A stretch of DNA of 60,651 bases, counting the filler, from Jimgerdemannia flammicorona (taxonomy: Eukaryota), in NCBI GenBank assembly GCA_003990765.1. It is 3 parts of 3 records of this genome, joined end to end, with 100 filler letters (N's around TTAATTAATTAA, not from the genome) between each part and the next. Parts side by side here need not be neighbours in the genome. Positions count along the whole stretch, not along the records: positions 1 to 20,153 come from RBNJ01001747.1; positions 20,254 to 40,404 come from RBNJ01001748.1; 1 more part is not named here. One strand, 5' to 3'. Within the stretch, counting starts at the first letter, position 1. The number at the start of each line of letters is the position of its first letter. The notes beneath the pieces are model-generated. The model saw only the letters and a program-made list of their open reading frames with translations. It did no database searches and was not told the origin of the DNA. A program made the position numbers and the translations under genes. Below, in pieces: positions 10,151-22,265 of the stretch.

Positions 10151-13100
10151 ATGAACAGTACAACCAACATTTTTTCTTTGAACGTGAATGGGTTACGGGG
10201 CGCTTCTCGAGTAGGAACATTTTTACTTGGATGAAGGGATTAGAGGCCGATCTCTTCCTCTTGCAGGATGTCCAGTGTGAAGATGACTCTGATAGGTTCG
10301 AATGGACGAAGGAATTGGGAGGTGCGGCAATTTGGAAGGGCAAGGTTGGGATTTTGGTTAGGAAAGGCAGAGGGGAGATACAGAATGTGCAGTGCTGGGG
10401 GGAGAGACTGGTCTGGGGAGAGTGGATTCGGGCAGGCTGGGAGCCAGTTATGGTTGGTTCCTGCTACTGCCCTGCAGTACGGGGTGAGAGGGTCGATTGG
10501 ATGAAAGGCTTACAGGAGAGTGGATTACTTGCGGAGGCCGGGGTGGATGTGCTAGGGGGAGATTTCAATATGGTTAGGGATATACTGTTGGATAGATCAG
10601 ATGGAGGACGAGGTGCTGAGAGCAGGAGTGGAGGGCTGGTGGCATGGGAGGATGTAGAGAGGCTGAGTGCGCTATTGGATGCTAGAAGGGAGTGCTGGGG
10701 GAGTAGGAGGGTCTATACACATTGGGCGGGGGGTCTGGGGACTAGAATCGATTGGATTTTGACAGCCTGCTGCTGGGGACTAGATGTTTGGAAATCATTG
10801 GAGGTGGAATGGTGTCCATGGTCGGATCACTGGGGGCTTTTGGGACAGGGGTGCTTTGGGGGAAGTGGGGATGGGCCTGGACATTGGTGCCTCAATTCCT
10901 CCTTGTTAGATGACAAGACCCGGTGGGATGAGTGGGCTAAAGACATTCAGCTGAGGGTGGAGAACTGGAGGCAGGAAGGGGCCACAGTTGGGACTCGGTA
11001 GATGAGGATGAAGGAAATGGCCAGGATTTACTGGAAGGAGGCTGGCAAGGAGGCAGGGAAGCAGCGAAAACAAAGAGTATGCTGGGCCTCTGCTAGATTG
11101 ACGAGGCTCCTGGAGGAGTGGGCAAGGCTGACGATGTTGGAGGGAGAAGAAGATTGGCGATTAATGAGGGTGAAAATGGAAGTTGGGGAACTTCAACAGG
11201 TGCTGCGGGAGGAGGAAGAGGCGAGAGTACAGAGCTTGGCAGCATGGCTTTGATGGCAGGATCTGGAGGAAGGAGAGAGGCCTTCCAAGCTTCTTACAAG
11301 GGCTCTTAGGGCAAGGTGGGTCCAGCAATAGTGGGAAGGGGTATTGGACTCTGATGGTGTACTGGTGCATGGTGTATAGGACATTCTTGGATCACTGAAG
11401 GAGCGATGGAGTGGATTGTGGAGTGAGGAGGAAGGTGGGGCAGATGCCGCTACAATTGAATGAACATTGGAGGATTGGTACCCACCACAAGTCGAAGGGC
11501 TAGGGGACCTGGTGATGCCTGTACAGGAGGAGGAGATCTACCAGGTTCTTGTCGCGACAATGTCTGGTATGGTACCTGGGGAGGATGGGCTGCCCTGGGA
11601 CTTTTGGAAGTGAATGGTTGAGGTCTCAGGGGTGATGGGAGAGATGACAGTATTGTGTGACCTTATTCTACAGACAGGTAGATGGGTGGGGGAGCAGGAC
11701 CTTGGGCTGGTGACGCTGCTCTACAAAAATAAAGGAAGGTGGGAGGATTGGAAGAACTGGCAGCCGATAATGCTACTAGATATGGACAGAAAGTTGGTAA
11801 CTAAGGTGGTGGTGGCGAGACTATAGAAGGTGGCCCAGCAAGTTGTGGGTGTTGAGCAGAGGGGATTTGTGGGTGGTCGGCTCATCAGGGATGGCACTGC
11901 CTGGGTGTATGGCATCATCAAAGGGGTGAGGGCATGTGGACTGGATGGGCGTCTAGTTTTCTTGGACCAGGAGAAGGCTTACGACTGGGTGCAGAGAGTC
12001 TGGCTGGAGAAAGTTTTGGATAGAATGGGGGTACCGCATCAATTCCGGTCAACAATGGTCAGCCTACTGGAAGGGAGTAGGGCTGCACTCATGTATAATG
12101 GACATAGAGGGGTAGCATTCCCCTTGGGAAGGGGAGTGCCCCAGGGGGACCTGTTGTCCCCCATTTTGTATGCTCTTTCTCTGGAACCACTTATGGACCG
12201 GATTAGGCAGAGGATAGTGGGGCTCTCTGTCTTTGGCATAGGATGGAAGGTTGGGGCCTTTGCTGATGACATGGTGGTGGGCTTGGGTTCAATTGCTGAT
12301 GTTGAGGAGCTCAAGAGGACTGTGGAGTGGTATGAGGAGCATTCTGGAGCTAAGCTGAATTGGTATAAGTGTGAGACGATGGTGCTTGGTAATGGTCTGG
12401 TGGAAGGGGAGGTTATAGGAACAATTGTCCCCACCGGTGAAGCAGTGCGGTACTTAGGTATCTACTTGTCAGTCTATGGGTCAGTTCTGCCCAAGCTTTG
12501 GTGGGAACAGAGGATTGGAATCTGGGAGGAGGCTCTGCAGAGTTGGGGGGGAAGATATTTCTCTCTGGCAGGGTGGGTCTCAATTTTGAATGTCTACTGG
12601 CTGCCAAAGTTGTGGTACCTGGCGTATCATCTGGACTTCCCAGCCTGGGTAGTGAAGAGATTGATGAAGTCGGCGAAGGGATGGATTTGGGCTGGCAGGC
12701 GGAGTCAGATTAGTTGGGAGACCTTGTCCCTACCAGTGGCAAGAGACAGCCTTGGGTTGGTTGACTTCCCAAAACGGTTACACTGCTTGAGAGCATGGTG
12801 GCTGAAGAGAGCAGTAGAGTTGAGAGGAGGTGGATGGGTTCCTCTGTTACAGAAGATATGGGAGAGGCAGGCATCACCAAGGGGCTCAACTGGTGATCTC
12901 CTCTCCTTGATTGGGCTTCAGAACACTGCCCAACTACGATATAAAGGTTTTTGGTGGGGAATTGCTGAAGGAGTGCACCGCATTGGCATTTGTTGGCAGG
13001 GGAATGAAGGTGAGGAGGATTGGGACCCGCCGATGTGGAGATGGGACCATATACTGCTGGGTAGTGCTTCTTTAGTTGAGTTCGACATTGGTGATGGTAT

Positions 13101-13806
13101 GGAATGCCAAAGGGGACCAGGCCAGGATCTGTGGCCTAGCAGTTGGCAAGGAGTTGGAATTGGCGAAGAGTGGAACTGACATAGTGTTTGGACCTAGAGC
13201 GCTGCAGTGAGAGCATGGCTGCCACCAAAGTACTGGGTGGTCTGGTGGCGCATGCTGCAGAGGAACATTATGCTCAATTTTCACTCAGGGCACCTGGTTG
13301 TAGGGGGTTGCCTCGACTGTGAGGAGTGCCATAATGTTGAGCAGGAGGGGGGTTATATATAGATGCCGGAACATTGGCTAGGAGAGTGTGAGGTGTTGGG
13401 GGATTTTTGGCAGACAATTGGGGATCACTTAGGGGTACAGAGTAGGAGTGATGAAGTGCAGGGGCGATAGGAGGACTTGAGGGTTAGATTGGTAGGGGGG
13501 ATAGGGAAGGAGTGGCTTACTTTAGGTTGGACTTTGGCAATTTGGGTGGGGTTGGCCAGTCATTGGCTATTTGTTTTTGAAGATGGGAGGAGGCAGAGCT
13601 TGGGGGACCGGCTGCTGTGATGGCATAGGCTTATGGAAGATACCTTGACAGGCTGGTGGCTAGGTTGGGGGATGCGAGGTGGTCGGAGGCATCGCTTGGT
13701 AGAGAAAATCTGTGGGCAAAGTGGGGGGAGAGTGGGGGTAGTTGGTGAAAGGGTGATTTTCATTCGTGAGGAAGTAGGGAGGGGCCCCCCGGTGGGGATT
13801 GGATAG
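10151..13806 (+). pseudogene. LINE ORF2 (APE endonuclease, reverse transcriptase, C-terminal Cys/His finger); frameshift near 10210 and several stops
   Basis: MNSTTNIFSLNVNGL, GDFN, RIDWIL, SDH, DQEKAYD, QGD, FADD, CLDCEEC...EHWLGEC. Ends PPVGIG*. Confidence 0.92.
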
Positions 13807-13885
13807 TGGGTCGGAATGATGTATATTTATTCATAGACTGGTAATAAAGGCGGAGTCCAAGTGACTTTAAAAATAAAAAATAAAA

Positions 13886-14296
13886 ATCATGAATAAAAAT
13901 GTTTAAAGCTCTACCAGAATCACCACCACCTTTTCAGCCTGACTATAGATGATTTCCTTCTATTCCTTACAAATAGTTCTCCAGATATAGACTCCATTCA
14001 TACTGTTGCAGAAGATATCCACTCACTCAGATATCAACTTCCTGATGTCTGCTATATGGTCCTCATCTACCTCATACTCTTCATCATCTAGAAGTGCCAC
14101 CACCATTACTGTTACCAACTTTGGCCCCTGTAATGTCATATTGAGGAACCCTTCCCAGGCCTCCTGAGATCTATTAAACACATTCACTTCCTTGATATCC
14201 TCCTCTGCAAGTTCCTCAAGCACTGCTTGATACTAGTCATCAGCTATTATTGCCAGGGGCCCAGAAGTGGCCAGTCTTGGGGTCCTAATCAACTCC
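13886..14296 (-). mobile_element. Host LINE B1, ORF1 C-terminal part
   Basis: ORF 14023-14223 (LEELAEEDIKEV...) is homologous to 18169-18369. It resumes B1 exactly after the TSD. Confidence 0.85.
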
Positions 14297-17200
14297 TTTT
14301 TTTTTTTTTTTTTTTTTATAGTCTCTTGGACTCCTTTATTATCAATCTAAATAATATTGAACCCCATTCCTAACCACTATAAAGATAAATATATTCCAAT
14401 ACCCATCAGCTAACTCCTTCCTTCTATTTCACTCTATGATCATTTAACACTAAGTTATCTCAGCTCCTCTGAACAATATTCTGCACCTTCCTCAGAGCCC
14501 TCAGCTGATGCCACTTCCCCTGAAACCACCACTCTTATATTACCTCCTGAAGAAGCCACTGCCACCGCTCTACCAGTTCACCAATTCCCATCCAAAGATC
14601 ATGTTTAAACACCTATCTCCAGTGGGCTGCCATTAACACTCATACCCCCAGAATCTGGCCCAGACCCCCCCATATATCACCAGTCACTTCAACCAGATGC
14701 TGCTTAACCACCAGACTGATAGGGTCTCCTGGCTGCCTCTCCTCAGAGGCCCAATATCTCTCCAATGTTCACCAGTAACCTTCGACCTATGGACATTCTG
14801 CCATAACATACTCTGGAGTCTGAATCACCCCTCCATTTACCTCACTATACCACTCACATTCCTTAATATCTTCCTTTACTATCCAATCTGTCCTGTACCC
14901 CAGCATTATGTTTCTCCTCAAAAATTGCCACCAAACTACCCAAAACTTCAGTGGTAATACCTTGAGCTAAGAGACTCCCCAGGTCCAAATCTGACCCCAC
15001 TCTCAGCCATCCCCAAGTCCAACCCTCTGCCAGCCCACTGGCCACCATTCGAGGGGGCCAGACCTGATCCACTCCATTGTCTCAGTCAAGAAGTATTCTG
15101 CCAATCAATGGCCACCAATACAAAGACCCTCCAACTTCTACCATTATTATCCAGGATCTACCCCTGCACCCATCTCCAGCCCCACCATTTCCATGGTCAG
15201 CCAGGCCTCTACAATACCTCACCAAAACCCCTTAAATCCCAGCCAACTGATTCTTTCCACCTGAACCAACCCTTGCATATCCTTCCAGATCTCACTTCAG
15301 AGGCAGAATTTGATCTTCCAATTGTCTATAGCCAGTCTGCCTCAGCTATCCTCCCCCAACTCTACCAGTCAACACCCCCATCAACCTTGGAGTACCCTCA
15401 ATCTTCTCTGGAAGTCCACCAGACCCAGCTCTCCATCAGTTGTCCTAAGCACCACTATCTCCCAACTAATCTGCAGTTGCCTCCCTTTCCACAGCCATTC
15501 TTCTACCACCTTCTTCAGTCTCTGTACCACCCATCTAGGAAAGTCTAGATGGTACCCCAAATACCATAGCTTTGGCAGCCAGTATACATTCAATACCACC
15601 ACTCTTCTCACCAAGGAGAGGCATCTCTCTGATCATCCTATCAGTGCCCCCTCCCACTTCTGTATTATACTGCACTACCAATTATTCAACAACACTGTCC
15701 CATAAACCAAGAACTATATGTCCAAGTACCAAACAGCACTCCCCACTGCTACTGTTTGTCCAATGCTTCCATCTCCTCCTAAACCCACCCCTAGCTCCAT
15801 TATTTCGTATTTGTCCCAGTTCAGTTTGGCACCTGCCAGCCTCTCATATTGTCTAACCCCTTCTCATAGGGTCTTGACATCAGCCAGACAGCCTAGCCCC
15901 ACTACCATATCATCTGCAAAAGCCCCCAGCTTCCACACCACATCCCCCATCTTCAATCCCATGAGTCACTCTTTTAGCCAAGCCAATAGTGGCTCCAAGG
16001 AGAGAACATAGAGCAGGGGGGAGAGTGGATCACCCTGTAGCACACCCCTCCCCAGGGCAAACTCTGGACCACTCCACTCATTCATCAGTACAGTCACTCT
16101 AATGCCTCACACCAGGCCCATCAATCTCCCTGCCTCTACCATGCTGAACCTGGCCTTCAGTAGTACAGCTTCTAAATAATTCTACTGCACCCTATCATAT
16201 GCCTTCTCTTGATCCAGAAAGACCATTCACCCATCTACCTGTCAGCTCCTGCAGCCCTCTAGTACATTCTGCACCTAAGCTATACTGTCTCTGATCTGTC
16301 TCTCTTTAACAAAACCATGCTGGTCCTCACCCACTAGTTGACTGATCCACTGTTGCAACCTCCTAGCCAGAATCTTGGACACCAATTTCCTGTCCACATT
16401 CAGCAGCATGATGGGCTGCCAATTCTTCTATACACACTGATCCCCCTTCTCCTTATACAACAGAGAGACTAGTCCCAAAGAACCATTGCCAATCCAACCA
16501 CTATTGTTCAGGACAAAGTTTGCCATTTCTATAAGCCAATCACTGAACTCAACCTGGAACTCCTTCCAGAATTCCCAAGGCAGCCCATCTTCCCCAGGTG
16601 AGGATCCCACTTACACTTTCCACAAGACCTCTATCACCTTCTCCAGCATCGCTATACTTATAACTTCCATGCCTATCTCAGACTACACTACTACTGGCCA
16701 ACCACTCACCAAGTTGACATTGTCTTCTAGCAATATCCCATCTTCTCTAAGCCCTCCTTCATCCTACCAGAGAGCTTGCCATTACCCAGAAATCTCTCCA
16801 GCATTTCCACAACTTTAGTCACCTCTGTACCATTTTCCTGCAATACAGAAGCCCAGCTATAATGCACCCTCCTGGCCTTCAAAACTCCAGATAGATACTT
16901 GGTGGGCCTCTCTCCTTCTTCCAACTGTCTAGCCCTCAGTCTTGCCAGCAGGCCATCAATCCTCCTATCCTCTGCTGCCTTGAGGTACATTTATAGGTCT
17001 GCCACCTCAGCTGTCAGTTGGGAGCACTTCTCCCCTGATAAGATCTCTCCTTCCATCTACCATAGTCACCATCTTAACCCTTGCTTAACTCTCCTCTCTT
17101 TGTCTCTCTGCTCCTTTCCAGCAATCTCACTGACATCTCACTAATAGGCTCTTGCTAGATATTTGAATCTCCCCTACCACTGGCCAATTGACAATTCTCC

Positions 17201-20066
17201 ATCCTTCCACTATACTACTTCCTGCCTAGCCATCTCCACAAACTGATCCTGCTCATCCGGCCTTTATAGGAGGGCCACATTGAGATACCAGCGGCCCTCC
17301 TCCCCACCAACTGCCTGAAACTGGCCACACACCTCTACTCACCAGTGATCAGACCAAGGACACCACCATACCTTGACAATATTCAGGACATTTCCCCTGC
17401 CTTCAGCTACTAGAAGCCAGTCAATCCTTGTGCCAACCAGTCCTTCTTCAACTGAGTGCCATCAGGTAAAGGGCCCTGGTCTATCTCTCTGCCACTGCTG
17501 GACCCCATCTACTAGTCTCATCTCTCTCTCAATCTGGAGTCATCGAGAGAGTCCAGTAGAGCCTGCTATACCAACCCCCCCATCTGATCTATTTAATGTT
17601 TTGTCATGAACCATGTTAAAGTCCCCCCCAAAATGTCCAGCTCAACTCCCACCTAGTCTTCCCACACCAGCCAGCCCTCCACCCATTGATTTTGCTCTCT
17701 GTCTACTACTGGGGGATATACTAAGCCCACTACTAATCTATCACCTGTACCTCCTTTCAATTTGCCCCATACCAATCAATCACCATAAGTTTTAGTCTCT
17801 ACCAGTTCTTCTTTTCCAATACCAACCAAGATTCCAATCTGTTCATTTCAACCAGTACTGCCAAACTATTCTCTGCTCTACTCTACATAGTCCTGCTCAC
17901 CATAGGCATGAATATCCTATAGAAGTACTATGTCATACTTGCAAACCTTTAGCTATCAAAACAGATGCCATCTTTTAATACCATTACACAGACCATTGTC
18001 ATTTAAAGATAAAATATCTAGACTGTTCATTATTATAGGTGAAAATGTTTAAAGCTCCACTAGAGTCACCACCACTTTCTCTGCCCTGTTCCAGATTATT
18101 TCCCTTTATTCCTCACAGATAGCCTTCCAGATATATACTCTATTCTCACTGCCACAGAAAGCCTCCACTCACCCCAACACCACTCTCCTAATATTAGCCA
18201 TTCTCTCCTCATTAACATCATATCTCTCATTATCCAGAAGTGCTACCACTATAGCCATCACCAGCTTAGAACTCTGTATAGCTATATTTAGGAATCCCTC
18301 CCAAGCCTCCTGTAACCCCTGAAAGACATCCACCTTCTTGATATCCTCCTCTGCAAGCTCTTCCAGCACCGCCTGGAATCAGGTATCCAAAGTCAACTCC
18401 AAAGGCCCAGGGGTGGCAAGTCTGGGGGTCCTACTCAACTCCTGCAGTACCTTGCAATCAACTGAGACATCCAAGGCAACATCCACCAAGTCATTCTCCT
18501 CTGAGTTCTTCTCTAACCTCACCACCTCACCTGCCTTCAGATACTCTTAGTATATATTAGCCACTCTAGCCATTTTGACATCCTCTAATTGAGTCTCTAG
18601 TACAATCTCTGCAAAATCCTCAAAACCACTCTCTCTCATCTCCTCTCTGTTCACTCACTTGCCTGTTACTGGAGCATGTACCAAGTTCTCCACCCCTCTG
18701 AGCTATGAGAAGGAAACCTCAGCCGCCTCTACTCCTTTCATCTGATGTTTGGCTGCCTTCTTTTGCACTATCTCCTCCTTTTTAGAACCCTGAAGGACTG
18801 CCTGCAAATACTCTCAGTTCACTCTCCACTATATTTTCTACCTTCCATCCATCAGGACCCAAATCCAGTCCTTGGCAAATTCCTTCCATCTCCTCTTTTG
18901 CAGATCCTTGGTGGCTTTCCTCTCCTTCAGTACCAGTAGTAACTCCTCCTCCTCCTGCTCAGATCCCTTCCTCTGTCAGACCTTACACTCTTGACCACCA
19001 ATATGGATCACCTCTGGCCAATCTCTTCTGAGCCCCATGGTCTCCTTGCCCTCCAGTCTAATCATCACTTTACAGTTTCTGTTCCATAGCTTAGTCCTCT
19101 CCCAGAACATAAAGCCAAAATCTACCATTTCCCCAAAGCTCACCAGCACCTCTGCCACTATCCCTTTGGTCTCCTGTCTCTTCAGAGTTGGCAGCCCTTC
19201 AATCACCAGTCATACAGCATACAGATCTCATCTCAGATACCTTGCTATCTCCACCTTGATGTTCTTGACCACCAGACCTTTCTCCAGAGCCTTCATGATC
19301 TTTTTCTCTTCTATAAAGCCAATCTCCACTGTCTCTGCTAACAGAATGAACTTCAGAGACTCTGCACCTACTACCTCCTTCTCCACCAATCTCAAAATCT
19401 CTCTGACCGACATACTCAGCCCTAGGAAGTTTGCTGAAATTACCCAATTTGTGAAAGAATGGGCATACTACTAGTTCTCCTGAGCCCGCCACCATCATCT
19501 TCTTCTCCATACTTCCAGAGACTCCTATAGTCACTCCTCCAGTTCCAGCAGATTCTCTCTCAGCCACTGGCCCAATCACTAGTCTAGTTCTAGGAATGCT
19601 AGTCCCAACTATCACACCATCAGACCCCTGACCCCTGGCAGCCACCTGACTTATCACCTGACCAGTCACCTGACCCCCCCCCCCCCCTGTCAATATTACA
19701 CCTCTCCTGCCCTACCACCATGGGCCTTGCTCCAGCCCTCTTACCCCCGACTATTATATATCACCCTTCTACCATAGTGGACCTCTCCAGACCTCCAGAC
19801 TCTCCCCCTGCACCTCCTGCCCCTGTTGCCATTGCATAGCTCTTGGGAAGGCCCAAGCCAGGCCTCCTCCTCTCTAAGCACTCAGAGCTCGATGAATCCT
19901 AAGTTGCCATCAGTCAAAAACTTGATGGAATTTGATAGAACTTGTTATATGCTGTGCCCAGACTTCTGCTGTAGATGAAGTAAAAACTTATAAACATGTT
20001 GCTTTTCATGAAAGGATATCTGTGTGGCTTAGCTCTCTCTGAATGGTTTGAGCAAAAGAAGTTCCC
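14297..20066 (-). mobile_element. Full-length decayed subfamily-B LINE (copy B2; ORF1 ATG ~19910, ORF2 ATG ~18030) inserted in B1 ORF1
   Basis: Poly(T) 14297-14317 is the tail, with AATAAA and hairpin next to it. RT and EN remnants (EDGLPWEFWK, EEGERPTKYL, LNVYWLPKLWY). The 5'UTR is shared with B3. Confidence 0.9.
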
Positions 20067-20069
20067 GGT

Positions 20070-20153
<84 letters not shown>

Positions 20154-20253
20154 NNNNNNNNNNNNNNNNNNNNNNNNNNNNNNNNNNNNNNNNNNNNTTA
20201 ATTAATTAANNNNNNNNNNNNNNNNNNNNNNNNNNNNNNNNNNNNNNNNNNNN
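20154..20253. other. Artificial contig linker N44-TTAATTAATTAA-N44
   Basis: Exactly 100 nt with stops in all six frames. Identical to the second linker. Confidence 0.98.
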
Positions 20254-20338
20254 TTAATCAAATATAATATCCACCAGTCCGTATTAGACAAATGTGGTTT
20301 TTATTTTATTTTATTTTATATAGAGCAAAAAATACAGT

Positions 20339-20344
20339 CACGTG
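20339..20344. promoter_or_regulatory. E-box (GTCACGTGAC palindrome) ~56 nt upstream of RMT2 ATG
   Basis: Perfect 10-bp palindrome. The same core sits at a similar distance from other genes of this contig. Confidence 0.55.
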
Positions 20345-20399
20345 ACGATGGCTGGAAAAAAAAAGGGGGAAAAAAGAGCGCGTTCTGTTAGAAGCAATC

Positions 20400-21922
20400 A
20401 TGGCAACAGAAGAGCGCGTGGCGAAAAAGCTGAGAATGGAAAAGACCGAGATTCCCTCACTAATACAACAAGACCCTTTGGTTGCTGAAGGGGCTGAGGT
20501 GTTGGTGGAAATGGTGAAGGAGGAGGACAAAGAAGAGGAGGAAGAGGAGGAAAGGTACACGGAAGAAGAGAAGGCTGCAGGCGAACAGTTGCTGAAAGCT
20601 GTCGCCGACGGCAACCTGGTATGTTCACTTACAAAAGCTCTTCATCGTGCCCAAAACTTCACGAGTAGTTACTGGAACATTTGACCAAAATTCCCACAGG
20701 ACCAAGCCAAAGCGGCCGTCGCCGCCTCCGCCGACATCATGTACCGCGACGAGCTCGGCCGCACACCCCTGCACATCGCTGCGGAGCACGGCCACCTCGA
20801 AATTATTACCTGGCTCTTCTCTGAGCGGCACCCATGGAACGTGATCGATTACAGTGACATCACCGCAGGCGAGCTGGCGCTGCAGAACAAGCACGATGCC
20901 GTGTATGAGGCGCTATTGAACGAAGGGTGCCGCGCCGAGTTAATCTTGCGCGCGATATCGGCGGTACTCGGCGATGATGATGAGCCGAGCACGGATTACT
21001 TGCAGCAGAAACTCCATTACGATGATGACAGGCTCATGGACGCTAATAACGACGCAGTGATGATGGGATGGGAGGGTACATTGCTCATATTGGCATACCA
21101 GCATTAATTGTGAATGACGCCGTCATTTACCCTGATCCTATCCGCTATCTTTGTCAATCTCAGGCCCTCTCATGGCGGAACACGCGAAAATGATGTGCCC
21201 ACAATCCAGCCTCTCCGTCCTCAACGTCGGTTTCGGTCTCGGCCTGATCGACACAGAGTTGCAAAAACTCAAGCCGCAGGCCCATGTCATTATCGAGGCC
21301 CATCCGGACGTATACGCACACATGCTCAAGCTTGGATGGGACAAGAAGGAAGGCGTGTCGATCTTATTTGGGAAGTGGCAGGAAACAGTGCCGTGGATTG
21401 AGCACAAGTTCGATGCGATATTCTTTGATACGTATGGTGGTAAGCGATGCTTGTCGCCTACGTTTCATCTTTGTTTTTGGAAGTGATGCCAAACGATAGG
21501 ACCTATATCTCACAATCCATTTGATACTATCAACTATTCTCTCAGAATTTTATGACGACCTTCGAAAATTCCACAGTACCATTCCCAATATGTTGAGCCC
21601 CAATGGCATCTATTCTTGGTTCAATGGTCTTGGAGCCACCAATCAGTTCTTCCACGACGTCTACTGCCGAATATCCGAGCTGGACCTTCGTGAATTGGGG
21701 CTATCGACTGAGTATGTTGAGATGGCGACGCCGACGGCAGACGAAAGGGGAGTGTGGGATGGTGTTCGACAAAGGCATGTGCCTTTTCTCTTTGTGTCTC
21801 GCTCCTTTATATTGTTTATATTGAATCGCATATCATCGTATTTATATGCATACACTCTTGTCTATAGATATTGGGTACTGGATACCTACCGATTGCCCAT
21901 ATGTCGTTTCTTGACTGAGTGA
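20400..21922 (+). CDS. RMT2: Protein arginine N-methyltransferase 2 (ankyrin repeat plus RMT2/GAMT-type MTase); exons 20400-20618, 20700-21075, 21164-21439, 21546-21774, 21868-21922
   Basis: Ankyrin GRTPLHIAA. RMT2 motifs VMMGWE, VLNVGFGLGLID, IIEAHPDV, FDAIFFDTY, SWFNGLG, RYWVLDTYRLP. Splice phases are consistent. Confidence 0.93.
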
Positions 21923-22265
21923 AATTTGTGCAAAAACGCAATGGATACCCGCAAACGGATCAAGCGCTCGACATTGTGTACATCAATAAATTACCTGGAT
22001 GTCTCAGATTCCATTGCCCTTTCACGAATTGCAAATTCGGATCGGTTTGAAAACCTTCGCTGCAATATTATCATAAGGTATTATACAAGATTGATGTAGA
22101 TGTACTGCGTCGCAGTTTCATTGGTATATCGTTCTTAGAAACTTCAGATAGCTAAGAGCGACAACAATTACTAAAAAAGTACTGGTCCTTCGTCACAAAT
22201 TGCAATTCTCTTACGTCACCGCTCACCCCCATCCCGGAGCCCAGAGCAAAACACTAGATAGCCTC

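Larger units (their letters stand above)
8011..13885 (+). mobile_element. Full-length (~5.9 kb) L1/Tx1-like LINE, subfamily A
   Basis: 82-nt 5'UTR, ORF1, short spacer, ORF2 (APE-RT-CCHC), AATAAA at 13843 and A-rich tail. Flanked by a perfect 17-bp TSD. Confidence 0.96.

Noticed and set aside
20072..20153. Poly-Phe ORFs from T/A runs (also 36422-36457)
   Set aside because: These are homopolymer tracts (a contig-end tail or artefact, and a promoter poly(dA:dT)), not coding.
20154..20253. TTAATTAATTAA palindrome inside N runs (also 40449-40460) as a biological site, and any linkage between the three segments
   Set aside because: Identical 100-nt linkers, with segment lengths of 20153, 20151 and 20147 nt, indicate size-sorted concatenated contigs. 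Proximity of the RNAi-type helicase to the transposon nests is therefore not evidence.
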